Assembly: GCA_963847705.1 (NCBI GenBank)
Contig: CAWKBC010000041.1
Location: forward strand, 16,418-80,417
Direction: 5' to 3'
Source: an uncultured Pseudomonadota bacterium
Lineage (GTDB): Bacteria > Myxococcota_A > Polyangia > Fen-1088
Length of the DNA: 64,000 bases
Part shown: one piece after another, positions 1 through 10,246 of the stretch
Layout of the letters: each line of letters starts with the position of its first letter
How positions within the stretch are numbered: position 1 is the first letter of the stretch
Notes under the pieces: model-generated
Told to the model about the DNA's origin: nothing
The model's database searches: none
The model's input: the letters and a program-made list of their open reading frames with translations, nothing else
Made by a program: the position numbers and the translations under genes

Positions 1-1455
1 CGCCCCGCTCGCGGTCAACACACCCGTCGGGGCCTGTCCCGCGAACGCGTAGATTGCGCTCGCGCCGGGCGCCGACGTGACCAGCGAGGCCCCGGCCGGG
101 CTGGGGAAGAACTGGCCGATGCCGATGGTCGTCAGGCCCAAGAACCCGCCCGCGACCGTCCCGTCGACTTCGATGGTCCCGGCGCCGGGGATCGTCCCTG
201 ACGCAAACGCGCTGCTGCCCTTCACGATGAGGAGACTCCCGGCGTTCGTCTTGGCCAGGGCGAAGCCAATCGCCAGATCGTCGGACCCGCTTCCGTCGAA
301 GTTCCCGAGCCGCGCCATTCCCGCCGGCTGGATCGACCCCACTCCGCCGGCAAACGTCCCGTCGGCGGTCAGAATGTAGTTCGCCTGCGTGTCTGTCAGC
401 GTCGCGGGCCAGCTGTTCGTCGTTCCCCAGGAGGAGGGCGGGTTCTTGCGGCTGAAGATGTAGATCTTCCCGCCGCCGCCGTCGTTCGGCGACGCGATCG
501 CGATATCGGCAAGCCCGTCTCCATCCAGGTCACCCGCGTTGACGACGGCCTGGCCAAAGTCAGCGACCGTCCCCGTGATCGTGATCGAAGGTGTCGAGGC
601 ATATCCAGCCGCGGTGCCGAAGTAGATGTAGGCATGATTGCCGCCGTCAGCGCCGACAATCAGATCGGAGAACCCGTCCGCCGTGAAGCTCAGGCTTCCC
701 GCCGTTCCGAAGTCCCCGGAGCCGTCGAGATCCTGCCCGATTCCGTCGGTGCCGGTTCCAGAGAGCGTGGTCGTCAAGAACTGCGCCTCGACGGCGACGG
801 CGGTGGCCATGATGGTCCCACGCGTCCCGGAGCCGTCCTTGCCCACGATGGCAAAGTAGTAGCCCTGCTCGATGTTGAGGTTCTTGACGACCATTCCATC
901 GAGCTTGCCAGGCGCCGCGGGCACGCCCGTGTATGCGACCGTCAAGGTCACGGTGGTGTCGTCGAAATTGGCGGTCGTGATGGGAACCTTGGCCACCCGA
1001 ATGTCGTAGCCGGCGACCGTCCCGCCCGTGCCGGTCGCCGGTGCGGGCCAGGTGAGGCTGAAGGAGGTTTGACGCCGATCCAGAACGACGGCGGTCAGTT
1101 CGAGAGGAACCGCCGCGTCGGTGCCGCCGTCGGTTTCGGATTTCCCAGCGCCGCCGCCCTGACCGCCGGTTCCACTGCCCGCGCTCCCCGCAGGACCACC
1201 GGAGGCGCCGCCCGCGCTGCCCGCAAGACCACCGGCGCCGCCGCCCGCGCTGCCCGCAAGACCGCCGGCGCCGCCGCCCGCGTTGCCCGCAAGACCGCCG
1301 GCGCCGCTGCCCGCGCTGCCCGCATGACCGCCGGAGCCCGTGCCTGCGCTTCCTGCATGACCGCCGGAGCCCCCGTTACCAGACCCACCGCCGCATCCGC
1401 CAACGACGAGAATCCCTACCAGCGAGAGAAATCGAAACTGCGACGACCTTCCCAT
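1..1455 (-). CDS. Lipoprotein with Gly-rich linker, FN3-like domain and FG-GAP repeats; short paralog of 1519-5694; runs off the left edge
   Basis: Not in the ORF track (no stop in window). Manual translation from ATG at 1455: MGRSSQFRFLSLVGILVVGG-C-GGGSGNGG, then RRQTSFSLTWPAP...YYFA and NAGDLDGDGLADIAIASPND; open to base 1. Confidence 0.9.
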   Translation of the reverse strand, partial: MGRSSQFRFLSLVGILVVGGCGGGSGNGGSGGHAGSAGTGSGGHAGSAGSGAGGLAGNAGGGAGGLAGSAGGGAGGLAGSAGGASGGPAGSAGSGTGGQGGGAGKSETDGGTDAAVPLELTAVVLDRRQTSFSLTWPAPATGTGGTVAGYDIRVAKVPITTANFDDTTVTLTVAYTGVPAAPGKLDGMVVKNLNIEQGYYFAIVGKDGSGTRGTIMATAVAVEAQFLTTTLSGTGTDGIGQDLDGSGDFGTAGSLSFTADGFSDLIVGADGGNHAYIYFGTAAGYASTPSITITGTVADFGQAVVNAGDLDGDGLADIAIASPNDGGGGKIYIFSRKNPPSSWGTTNSWPATLTDTQANYILTADGTFAGGVGSIQPAGMARLGNFDGSGSDDLAIGFALAKTNAGSLLIVKGSSAFASGTIPGAGTIEVDGTVAGGFLGLTTIGIGQFFPSPAGASLVTSAPGASAIYAFAGQAPTGVLTASGA

Positions 1456-1518
1456 GAGCGCACCCCCCTTGGCCGACGGTTGTTCGTTGCACCTTCGACA
1501 AGTCGTCGTTTATCACCT

Positions 1519-4500
1519 TTAGTAAAAGACGACCACCCTTCCGACCTGGCCAGGTGCGAACTCGCCCACCGCGAAGTCGGGTTGTCCGTCGCCGTTCGAG
1601 TCAGAAATCAGCCCCGCTCCACCGTAGCCGCGCCAATCGGACGGGATCTGCCCCGTGACCTTGATTACGGTCGGCACCAGGCCCAGCTGCAGTTGCGCGC
1701 CCGAGACATCGACGTTCCCCGAGAGTGAGGGCATCGCCGCGCCGTTCACGATGTAGACCGGAGCTCCAGTCTCGGACTGACCACCGACGACGAGATCGGG
1801 TGCCGCGTCGCCGCCAACGAGCGACAACGTCTGGGAGGTCCCTTTGACGCCGCTCCCCAGGTTCACGACTCCGAAGGAGTTTCCAGCCTGCGCATCGCTC
1901 AACCGGAAGGAGGCGGCGGGAGCGCCGCCGGCCACGCCCAGCAGAGGTCCAGTCGCGGCGGTCCCGAAATGGACGTCGACGTAGGCAGGCGCCGCGTACG
2001 GTGCCCCGATCGTCACCGCGCCAACAGAGCCGCCGACCGACCCCAGGTAACCCAGGTCGAACCCGTAGAAGTCCGCGGCCGGCGCAACCACCGAGTCGTT
2101 GGCCCCCGCGGCGGTCAGGACACCGGATGGCGACTGCCCCGCGAATGCATAGATCGCGCTCGCACCAGCGGCCGCCGTCACGAGTCCCGGTCCATTTGGT
2201 GACGGGAAGAACTGCCCGATTCCCACGGTGGCGAGACCGAAGAACCCGCCCGCGGCCGTCCCGTCGATCTCTATCGTTCCCGCTCCCGGGATCGTCTGCG
2301 AAGCGAAGCTCGAGCCCCCCTTCACGACGAGCAGGCTCCCCTTCAATCCGTTGTCGAGAGCGAACCCGATCGCCAGATCGTCCGAGCCCGTCCCGTCGAA
2401 GTTGCCGAGCCGCGCCATCCCCGCTGCCTGAATCGAGCTGATGCCCCCGGCGAAGGTCGGATCAGCCGTCAATACGTAGTTCGCCTGGGTGTCCGACAAC
2501 GTTGCTGGCCAGCTGTTGGTCGTCCCCCAAGAGGCGGGCGGATTCTTGCGGCTGAAGATGTAGATCTTTCCGCCGCCGCCGTCGTTGGGCGAGGCGATCG
2601 CGATGTCCGCCAGACCATCACCGTCGAGATCTCCGGCATTCACGACCGCCTGCCCGAAGTCCGCCACCGATCCGGTGATCGTAATCGAGGGCGTCGCCGA
2701 GTAGCCGGCCGCGGTCCCGAAGTAGACGTAGACGTGAGTTCCATTGTCGGCACCGACGATGAGGTCGGAGAATCCGTCAGCCGCAAAGCCCAGACCGTTC
2801 GCGGTTCCGAAATCACCGGAGCCGTCCAGGTCCTGCCCCACCCCGTCCGTCCCGACGCCGGTCAGGACCGTGGTCAGGAAGTGCGCAGTCGTCGCGGAGG
2901 CCGTCGTCACCATCGCGCTGGTGGTCCCCGCGACATTGCTCGCCTCGACCGCGAAGTAGTACCCGTTCTCGATGTAGAGGCTGCTGACGTTGATGCCATC
3001 GAGCTGGCCCACGTTCGCCGGCGTTCCACTGTAGGGAACCGCGACCGTAACGGTGCTGTCATTGAAGTTGCTGGCGGTGATCGGCACCTTCGCATACCGG
3101 ACCTGGTAGCCGGCGACGTTCCCGCCATTGCCATCGCTGGGCGCCGTCCAGGTCAGCTGCATCGTGGTCTGCCGCCGCAGGTTTGGTGGGATTGATACAT
3201 TCAATCCCGCCGGCGCGTTCGGTGTCGCGGTATCCACCGTCACCGTCACGGTCCCACTCCCCACGCCCGCGCCCGGCACGTTGTCCGTCGTGGCGAGGAT
3301 CGTCTGGGTCCCCTCGGGGATGGTGACGCTGTTGAGCTGCGCGTGGCCGGTCGCGTCCGTCAGGGCGCTGCCGAACGTCGTGGCGCCGTCACTGAAGGTG
3401 ATCTGGCTGCCGTTCACCGGCGCGCCGCTGGCCGTCACGGTGACCGCCAGGCTCCCTTGCCAACCGGGCGTGCTCGGGTCGGTGTCGGCGATGCAGCCGG
3501 GGGTGGTCGAACCGTTCGGGCACAGCAACGCGCCCGCGGTCGGCGTCGTGAACGTCACCACCGGGGCGGTCCCGACGGTCACGGTGCAGGTGGCCAGCAC
3601 GGTCGCGTTGCCGGCCGGATCGCTTTCGGTCGCGACCAGCGCGTTCTGGCCCTCGGCGAAGGCGACGCTGCCGAAGGTGGCGACACCGCCGACGTAGGCC
3701 GGCGTGTCGTAGGTGGTGGTGACACCGTTGTTGGTCACGTCGGCGACGACCAGCTTGTCGTCGGCGGTGTAGGCGACGTCCTCGGTGACGGTGGTCGCCG
3801 ACTGCGTGAAGCTGCCGCACAGGCCCGCGGGCGAAACCAACGCCAGGCTCGGCACCACCGTGTCGACCCAGACGTCGTCGGGCTGGCTGGTGCCGGTGTC
3901 GGCGCTGTTGGTGGCCGAGGTGATGGAGACCTGCAACTCCGTCGCGGTGGCCAGCGTGCCGTCGGCGTTCTCATTGCTCTCGGGCAGCGTCACGCCCACG
4001 AAGTGGGCCACGAAGCCGGACCCGTTCGGGCAGTTGTCGCCGGCGGCGGCGGCGGTGGTGAGGATCGCGCTCCCCAGCTGGACCAGGCTGCTGTCGCCCT
4101 TGTGGCCGACGAACAGCGTGGCCGTCCCGGCGGTGTCGGTGCAGGCGACGACGTCGGCCTGAGCGCCCGGCGTGCTGGCGTCCTCGTCGAGGACTCCGGC
4201 GGGGGCGTTGGCCGCCAAGATGTGCTTGGTGGGATCGGTGAACGTGGGCGCGTCGGACGCGGGCCTGACAATCTGAACCCCCGGCAACGACGAGGCGCAG
4301 GTGACGCCCGTGATCGTCTGGGTCGTCGGGTTGCCAGCGGCGTCGTTCAGCGTGAAGGTCAGGCTGAACGGTGCGGCGCCCGGGCAGGCCAGGCTGACGC
4401 AGGTCGAGGTGTTGACGGCAGAGACCGCGACGCAGGAGGGTGTGGCCGACGAGCCGAGGGTGACGCAGAGGTTGTTCCGGCCGCTGCCGAGCGAGCCCGC

Positions 4501-5694
4501 CAGGCTGGCGGCGTCGCTCGAGCTCGTCTGGGCGCAGGCGTTGACCGTTCCGCCGACGACGAACTGGCCCGCGGTGGGGCTGTTCACGGCCAGGGCGGGC
4601 GGAGTGGTGTCGACGGTGAAGCTGCTCTTCGTCGAGGTTCCGGTGATCCCCTCTTTGTTGAGGCAAGTCGCGATCACTTCGTACGTGCCGTCGGGAACCA
4701 GGGTCAGCCCGAAGCTGGCGCTGCCGCCCGAGACGATGGCGCTGGGCGTGCCGTCGACGGGCGTGCCCGGCGCGGCGGCGTTGTCGACCGCCAGCGTGAC
4801 GGTCTGGCCGTCCTCGGCGCTGGTGCTGACCACGAAGGTCGCCTGGTAAGGCGAGCTGCTGGAGCTCGAACGATCGCCCTGCGGCGTGGGGACGCCGTTC
4901 AGATCCGGGTGCGTCGCGCTGATCACCGGCGCGCTGATCGTGCAGGTGGGCGGGCTGTCCGGGCAGCTCACCGTCACGTTTTCCGTGACACTGCAGGCCG
5001 CCGTGCTCGGGTACTGGATCGACAGCTGCTGAGCCGTGCTGCTGGTCGCGAGCTGAACCGCGAAGGACGCCGTGCCGCCGCTGACCTTGACGGTCTTGAG
5101 CAGCGAGGTGCCGTCATAAAGGGTCACGTCGGTCCCGTCCGGCGCGCCGGAGGTGATGGTGACCGTGTATTGGAATCCGTCGGCGCAGGTCTGGTCGCTG
5201 TCGTCGGCGACGGTCAGGAGCGCACCTGATGTCGGCGCCGTGAACGCGGTCGTGTAGCAGGCCGTCGCGCCGCCGGTGCCACCACCCGCGCCACCGGTGC
5301 CGCCACCTACGCCGCCCGTGGCGCCGCCCACCCCACCCGTTCCAACGAGGCCCCCCGTTCCGCCGCCCTTGCCGCCGACGCCGCCGGTGCCGCCACCGAC
5401 GCCGCCCGTCGCGCCGCCCACCCCGCCCTTGCCGCCGGCGCCGCCGCCGACGCCGCCCGTGGCGCCGCCGACACCGCCCGCGCCGCCGTCCGTTGGGCTG
5501 CCCGCAACGCCGCCGCTTCCACCGTCGATGGTGCCGCCTGCTCCGCTCCCTCCCCCGCTCCCGCCGACTCCGATGGAGCCACCGGTTCCCGTCTGCGCGG
5601 GGGCGTTGTCACCACACCCGACGGTGAGCCCGACAACGGCGAGCAACGGAAGCGAAAACGAGAACGAAGCTAAACGAGCGCGGATGTACCCCAT
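1519..5694 (-). CDS. Large surface lipoprotein: Gly-rich linker, Ig-like domains, FN3-like domain, C-terminal FG-GAP (integrin-alpha-like) repeats
   Basis: 1391 aa; lipobox LTVG-C; repeated VDTTPP / D-x-AGN Ig-like motifs; DLDGDGLAD, NFDGTGSDD and DSNGDGQPD Ca-binding FG-GAP loops. Confidence 0.9.
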   Translation of the reverse strand: MGYIRARLASFSFSLPLLAVVGLTVGCGDNAPAQTGTGGSIGVGGSGGGSGAGGTIDGGSGGVAGSPTDGGAGGVGGATGGVGGGAGGKGGVGGATGGVGGGTGGVGGKGGGTGGLVGTGGVGGATGGVGGGTGGAGGGTGGATACYTTAFTAPTSGALLTVADDSDQTCADGFQYTVTITSGAPDGTDVTLYDGTSLLKTVKVSGGTASFAVQLATSSTAQQLSIQYPSTAACSVTENVTVSCPDSPPTCTISAPVISATHPDLNGVPTPQGDRSSSSSSPYQATFVVSTSAEDGQTVTLAVDNAAAPGTPVDGTPSAIVSGGSASFGLTLVPDGTYEVIATCLNKEGITGTSTKSSFTVDTTPPALAVNSPTAGQFVVGGTVNACAQTSSSDAASLAGSLGSGRNNLCVTLGSSATPSCVAVSAVNTSTCVSLACPGAAPFSLTFTLNDAAGNPTTQTITGVTCASSLPGVQIVRPASDAPTFTDPTKHILAANAPAGVLDEDASTPGAQADVVACTDTAGTATLFVGHKGDSSLVQLGSAILTTAAAAGDNCPNGSGFVAHFVGVTLPESNENADGTLATATELQVSITSATNSADTGTSQPDDVWVDTVVPSLALVSPAGLCGSFTQSATTVTEDVAYTADDKLVVADVTNNGVTTTYDTPAYVGGVATFGSVAFAEGQNALVATESDPAGNATVLATCTVTVGTAPVVTFTTPTAGALLCPNGSTTPGCIADTDPSTPGWQGSLAVTVTASGAPVNGSQITFSDGATTFGSALTDATGHAQLNSVTIPEGTQTILATTDNVPGAGVGSGTVTVTVDTATPNAPAGLNVSIPPNLRRQTTMQLTWTAPSDGNGGNVAGYQVRYAKVPITASNFNDSTVTVAVPYSGTPANVGQLDGINVSSLYIENGYYFAVEASNVAGTTSAMVTTASATTAHFLTTVLTGVGTDGVGQDLDGSGDFGTANGLGFAADGFSDLIVGADNGTHVYVYFGTAAGYSATPSITITGSVADFGQAVVNAGDLDGDGLADIAIASPNDGGGGKIYIFSRKNPPASWGTTNSWPATLSDTQANYVLTADPTFAGGISSIQAAGMARLGNFDGTGSDDLAIGFALDNGLKGSLLVVKGGSSFASQTIPGAGTIEIDGTAAGGFFGLATVGIGQFFPSPNGPGLVTAAAGASAIYAFAGQSPSGVLTAAGANDSVVAPAADFYGFDLGYLGSVGGSVGAVTIGAPYAAPAYVDVHFGTAATGPLLGVAGGAPAASFRLSDAQAGNSFGVVNLGSGVKGTSQTLSLVGGDAAPDLVVGGQSETGAPVYIVNGAAMPSLSGNVDVSGAQLQLGLVPTVIKVTGQIPSDWRGYGGAGLISDSNGDGQPDFAVGEFAPGQVGRVVVFY

Positions 5695-5795
5695 GAACTC
5701 TCCGAATCGGCGTTTTTGCGCGTGAAGTAAAGAAATTGGCCGGCCGATTCTATGTGTTTTTGAAAGGCACGCCAGCCGGTAAGTGGCGGTTGGGG

Positions 5796-5804
5796 TGATA
5801 TAAT
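5796..5804 (+). promoter_or_regulatory. Extended -10 sigma70-type promoter of the moxR operon
   Basis: Perfect TGnTATAAT (TGATATAAT) 12 nt upstream of ATG 5817 in an AT-rich intergenic gap. Confidence 0.6.
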
Positions 5805-5816
5805 TAGCGGCCTGCC

Positions 5817-6812
5817 ATGACCACCACAGCTCTGCCTCGGCTCGACGGGAACCTGGGCGGGTCGCGGGCGCCGGCAGAGCTGTTGTCGGCGCTAGAGGCG
5901 AACATCGCCCGGGTGCTGCGCGGCAAGCCCGGCGTGATCCGTCACGCGGTGATCGCGCTCTGCGCGCGGGGCCATCTGCTGATCGAGGACGTGCCCGGCG
6001 TGGGGAAGACCACCTTGGCCCGCGCGCTGGCCCGCTCGATCGGCGGGACGTTCCACCGGATCCAGTTCACCAGCGACCTCCTGCCGTCCGATGTGCTGGG
6101 CGTTTCGGTCCTCGATCCCAAGACCAGCGAGTTCGAGTTCAAGCCGGGGCCGGTGTTCGCGAACCTCGTCCTGGCCGACGAGATCAACCGAACGCCGCCG
6201 CGCACGCAGAGCGCGCTCCTCGAGGCGATGAACGATGGACAGGTGTCGGTCGACGGGCGCTCGTTCCCGCTGGAGGCGCCGTTCCTGGTGATGGCGACGC
6301 AGAACTCCGAGGAGCACTACGGGACCTACCCGCTCCCCGAGTCGCAGATGGATCGCTTCCTCTTGCGGCTGCGGATCGACTACCCCGCGCCCGAGGACGA
6401 GCGGCGCATCCTGCTCGAATCGCCGGGGCGACCCGACGAGGATCTGGCCCGGCTCCAGGCCGTCTTGAGCGTGGCCGAGGTTCGGCGGCTGCAGGATGCC
6501 GCCGAGCGGGTGCACTTCTCGCCCGAGCTCGCCGACTATGTCGTCGCGGTGGCGCGGGAGACGCGGCGCTCGCCGCACCTCACGGTCGGTGTCTCGCCGC
6601 GCGGCGCGCTGGCCTGGCGGAACGCCGCGCGGGCTGCAGCGCTGGCCGAGGGGCGCGACTACGTCCTCCCCGACGATCTGAAGTCGCTGGCGGCGCCGGT
6701 GCTGGCGCACCGGGTGATCCCGGCGTCACCCGTCGAGGCGGTGGCGCGGTCGCGGCAGGACGTCGAGCGGGTGCTCGCCGAAATCCTCGATCGCCTCCCG
6801 GCCCCGGGGTAG
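5817..6812 (+). CDS. moxR: MoxR family AAA+ ATPase
   Basis: [13 protein letters not shown] Walker [33 protein letters not shown]. Confidence 0.95.
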   Translation: MTTTALPRLDGNLGGSRAPAELLSALEANIARVLRGKPGVIRHAVIALCARGHLLIEDVPGVGKTTLARALARSIGGTFHRIQFTSDLLPSDVLGVSVLDPKTSEFEFKPGPVFANLVLADEINRTPPRTQSALLEAMNDGQVSVDGRSFPLEAPFLVMATQNSEEHYGTYPLPESQMDRFLLRLRIDYPAPEDERRILLESPGRPDEDLARLQAVLSVAEVRRLQDAAERVHFSPELADYVVAVARETRRSPHLTVGVSPRGALAWRNAARAAALAEGRDYVLPDDLKSLAAPVLAHRVIPASPVEAVARSRQDVERVLAEILDRLPAPG

Positions 6813-6818
6813 CCCCAC

Positions 6819-7871
6819 ATGAGAATGATGCGCCGCCGATTCCCTCCCACCCGCGAGGGGTGGTGGTTCCTGCTGGCGACGCTGTTCGTCGGCGCGGTGG
6901 CGATCGACGCGGGGATCAACCTCTTCTTTCTGACCTTCGGGATGATGGCCTGCCTCCTGGCGGCGAACTGGCTGATGTCGACGCTGGGGCTCGGCGGGCT
7001 GCGCGTGCGCCGGATCCTGCCGCCGGTGATTCACGCCGGCACGCCCTACCTCATGGGAATCGCGCTCGAGAACCGGAAGCGCCGGTTGCCGTCGTTCTCG
7101 ATCGAGGTCGAGGATCTCGTCGAGGGACGCCCGATCGACAAGCGCTGCTACTTCTTGAAGCTCCCGGCCGGGCGCTCGCAAGAGACGTCTTACCGGCACA
7201 CGATCAGCCGCCGCGGGCGCCACAAGCTGTCGGGATTCCGGCTGGCCACCAAGTTCCCGTTCGGGCTCATGGCCCGCGCGCGCGAGGTGAAGGACGCGGC
7301 GGAGATGGTGGTCTACCCGGCGCTGGCCGTGCTGCCGCCGGCCCTCCTGCGAGGGCTGCCGTCGCCGCCGGCGCCCGCGCGCCAGCAGGGGCCGAGCCGG
7401 CACGGCGAGCTGGCGGGGCTGCGCGCGTTTCGCCCAGGTGACGATCCGCGCGGCATCCACTGGCGGACCAGCGCGCGGCGCGGAATGTTGTTGGTGCGCG
7501 AGCACGAGGACGACGAGGGGCAGGAGGCGACGATCGTCTTCGACAACGACGCGCGGTCGGGGGCCGAGGCCTTCGAGCTGGCGGTCTCGCGCACGGCGGC
7601 GCTGTGCGTGGAGCTGGCGCGGCGCGGGCTGGCGGTGGGGCTCGTCACCCGCGGGTGCGAGGTCCCCCCCTCCGCCGGTCCGGGACATCTGGCGCACCTC
7701 CTGCGGCTGCTCGCCTTCATCGCGCCCGAGGCGCGCCCGCTGCCTCGCCTGCGCCGCCGCGCGGTCGCCCGCGTCTCGCCCGAGGGGGAGCTTCACCTGG
7801 GCCACCTCGATCGCGCGGCATCGGGAGGAGACGGAGACGCGCCCGCGGTCCCGGTTCTCACCACCGCATGA
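6819..7871 (+). CDS. DUF58 domain-containing protein
   Basis: Two N-terminal TM segments; LRAFRPGDDPRGIHWRTSAR motif; follows moxR. Confidence 0.9.
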   Translation: MRMMRRRFPPTREGWWFLLATLFVGAVAIDAGINLFFLTFGMMACLLAANWLMSTLGLGGLRVRRILPPVIHAGTPYLMGIALENRKRRLPSFSIEVEDLVEGRPIDKRCYFLKLPAGRSQETSYRHTISRRGRHKLSGFRLATKFPFGLMARAREVKDAAEMVVYPALAVLPPALLRGLPSPPAPARQQGPSRHGELAGLRAFRPGDDPRGIHWRTSARRGMLLVREHEDDEGQEATIVFDNDARSGAEAFELAVSRTAALCVELARRGLAVGLVTRGCEVPPSAGPGHLAHLLRLLAFIAPEARPLPRLRRRAVARVSPEGELHLGHLDRAASGGDGDAPAVPVLTTA

Positions 7872-10105
7872 GGTTCCAGGCCGCCCACAAGCTGGTGACC
7901 TACCTGCTGGTGCTGTCGGCGCTGGCGGCGCTCGGGACCACGCGCGTGCTCGGCCCGGGGAGCGCGATCGCCTTCCTGATCGTCTGCGCCTGTTCGTTCG
8001 GCGTCGACGCCGGCTCACCTCGACTGACCGCCGCGCTCGATCGCGCGGCCGGCGGGGTGCGCGCGGCGACCGGCCTCCTCCTGGTGGGAATCGTCTGGCG
8101 GATCTGGCGGCGCATGCCCGACGCGGATCTGGCCCCGGCGTTCGATCTGGTGCTGGTGCTGCTCGGCTACAAGCTGCTCTACCGCCGCAACCACCGCGAC
8201 TACGTCCACATCTACGCGCTGTCGTTCATCCTGGTGCTGGTCGCCTCGACGATCACGGCGACGTTCCTCTTCGTGGCGGCGTTCGCCGTCTACGTCGTGC
8301 TGGCGACCTGGGCCCTCATCCTGTTCCACCTGCGCCGCGAGATGGAGGAGAACTACCTGGTCCGGCACTCGGCGCAGGCCCCCAGCCAGAAGGTCGGCAT
8401 CGGGCGGATTCTCGGGTCGCGCCGGGTGGTCGGGCGGGCGTTTTTCGCCGCCACCTTCGTGGTCGCGGCGGCGGTGTTCGTCGGCGCGCTCGGCGTGTTC
8501 GCCTTCGTCCCTCGCCTCGGCGCCGGGTTCGTGCTGGGGGCGCGCCCGCAGCCGAACCTCATCGGGCTCTCCGACGAGGTGGTGCTCGGGCGCTACGGAA
8601 CGGCGTCGGGGGCGCGCCACGCGGTGGTGCTGCGGGCGACACTCCCCCGCCTGCGGGCGCTCGGCAGCGAGGCGGTCCGGCGGGAGGCCGCCGAACGGCT
8701 CTACTTCCGCGGCGCGGTCTACGACACGTACGAGCGCGGGCGCTGGCTCCGCAGCCGGCGCCCCGAGCTGCGCACCGTGATCGACGAGGCCGGTGGCCGC
8801 GCCTTCATTCACGAGCTCGGCGAGCCATCCTCCGCCGCGACGACCGACACGCTGGCCGGCGCGGAGCGACAGGAGATCGAGGCGGTCGGCATTCCGGCGG
8901 CGGTCCTGTTCGCCGTCGATCGCCCGGTGGCCTTCGAGCTGCCGTCGACGCGGCTGGGGGCCGGCGGCGTCGTCGGCGTGGTGCCGCGCTGGTCGGGCGA
9001 GGCGGCGCTGCGGGTCGGCGGCGACGCCCAAAACGGCCTGGGCGATGGATTCGTCACGCTGGCCCACGCGCACTACGTCGCCTACTCGCGCCCGCGCGCG
9101 CTGGCCGCGCCGGCCCTGGACACGCGCGCCCAGCTGGACACCCTCGCGCTGCCCGAAGGGCTTCCCGAGCTGAAGGAGCTGGGGGCGCGGCTGGGCGGCC
9201 GCGGCGTCAGCGAAAAAAGCGACAGCGAAAAGATCGGGGCGGTGGTCGCCTGGCTCCGGTCCGGACACGCCTACACCACGCGGCCGCCGGAGCGTCCGGC
9301 CGGGGTCGATCCGGTCGACGACTTCCTGTTCCGCCAAACAGCTGGCCATTGCGAATTCTTCGCCTCGGCGGCGGTGCTGCTCCTGCGCGCCGCCGGCGTC
9401 CCGGCGCGCTACGTGACCGGGTTCCGCGGCGGTGAGTGGAACCCGATCGGCGGCTACGTCGCGGTGCGGGGCGAGCGCGCACACGCCTGGGCCGAGGCGT
9501 TCGTCGCCGGGGCCGGCTGGACGCGCGTCGACGCCACGCCGCCCGCCGATGCGCTGGCGCCGGCCGGCCGGCTGGACGAGACCAGCGACGCGCTGGACTT
9601 CTTCTGGAGCCGTTGGGTCGTCGGCTACGACCTCGGCCGCCAGCGCGATCTCGCCCATCAGGCCTGGCACGGCCTGGGGCACTTCGGCCCCGGCGCGCCG
9701 CTCGGTCAGATTCTGATCGCCCTCGTCATCGGTGCGGCGCTCACCGCCCTGGGGGTCGCCGTCCGCCGCAGGCGACGCCGGCACGCGCGCGGGCTCCCTC
9801 TCAGCGCGGCGGCCGGTGGAGCGCGCGCCCGAGCGCCCCGCGCGGAGGGGGCCGTCGATCGGCTCTACCGCCGCACGCTGGGGCGGCTGTCCCGCCTCGG
9901 GTGGCCGCGACGCCCCAACGAGACGCCGCACGAATACGCGGCGCGCCTCCGGACCACCGGCCCGTTCGCGGGAGACGACGCCTTCGACGGCCTCACCGCC
10001 CGCTACGCCGCCGCCCGCTTCGGCGGCCGGCAGCCGGCGGATGAGGCGGTGGCGGCGCTCGGACGGACGATCGGGGATCTTCTCTCCGGATCGCAGCAAA
10101 ACTAA
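7868..10105 (+). CDS. TgpA-like membrane transglutaminase-domain protein (DUF3488 + TGc + DUF4129)
   Basis: Start refined to ATG 7868 (ATGA overlap with DUF58 stop); multi-TM N-terminus; catalytic GHCEFFA, AHAWAE, VDATP; C-terminal ETPHEY...Y.AARFG. Confidence 0.92.
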   Translation: MRFQAAHKLVTYLLVLSALAALGTTRVLGPGSAIAFLIVCACSFGVDAGSPRLTAALDRAAGGVRAATGLLLVGIVWRIWRRMPDADLAPAFDLVLVLLGYKLLYRRNHRDYVHIYALSFILVLVASTITATFLFVAAFAVYVVLATWALILFHLRREMEENYLVRHSAQAPSQKVGIGRILGSRRVVGRAFFAATFVVAAAVFVGALGVFAFVPRLGAGFVLGARPQPNLIGLSDEVVLGRYGTASGARHAVVLRATLPRLRALGSEAVRREAAERLYFRGAVYDTYERGRWLRSRRPELRTVIDEAGGRAFIHELGEPSSAATTDTLAGAERQEIEAVGIPAAVLFAVDRPVAFELPSTRLGAGGVVGVVPRWSGEAALRVGGDAQNGLGDGFVTLAHAHYVAYSRPRALAAPALDTRAQLDTLALPEGLPELKELGARLGGRGVSEKSDSEKIGAVVAWLRSGHAYTTRPPERPAGVDPVDDFLFRQTAGHCEFFASAAVLLLRAAGVPARYVTGFRGGEWNPIGGYVAVRGERAHAWAEAFVAGAGWTRVDATPPADALAPAGRLDETSDALDFFWSRWVVGYDLGRQRDLAHQAWHGLGHFGPGAPLGQILIALVIGAALTALGVAVRRRRRRHARGLPLSAAAGGARARAPRAEGAVDRLYRRTLGRLSRLGWPRRPNETPHEYAARLRTTGPFAGDDAFDGLTARYAAARFGGRQPADEAVAALGRTIGDLLSGSQQN

Positions 10106-10197
10106 CGGTCCCCCTGACAAAATGGCAGAGTCCCTGGCAAGCCCCCGCCAGACCGGCACCAATGCCCACCCCAGCCCACCTATCCTGCGACCTTCGC

Positions 10198-10214
10198 AGG
10201 GCATCTTCCTTGCA
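10198..10214 (+). promoter_or_regulatory. Candidate sigma54 (-24/-12) promoter
   Basis: GG-CATCTTCCTT-GC with exact GG-N10-GC spacing, about 33 nt upstream of ATG 10247. Confidence 0.4.
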
Positions 10215-10246
10215 CTGCGCCTGCTGGGCCGGGAAAGGGAACTGCC

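Noticed and set aside
1-3200. Assembly duplication or diversity-generating retroelement TR/VR pair
   Set aside because: The copies differ by many synonymous and non-adenine-specific changes and no reverse transcriptase is present; this is ordinary paralogy.
3343-5229. Long antisense or alternate-frame ORFs (e.g. 3343-5229, 8015-10204, 17602-20370, 28527-31259, 57366-59957)
   Set aside because: Arg/Gly/Pro-rich shadow frames of well-supported genes, as expected at this GC content.
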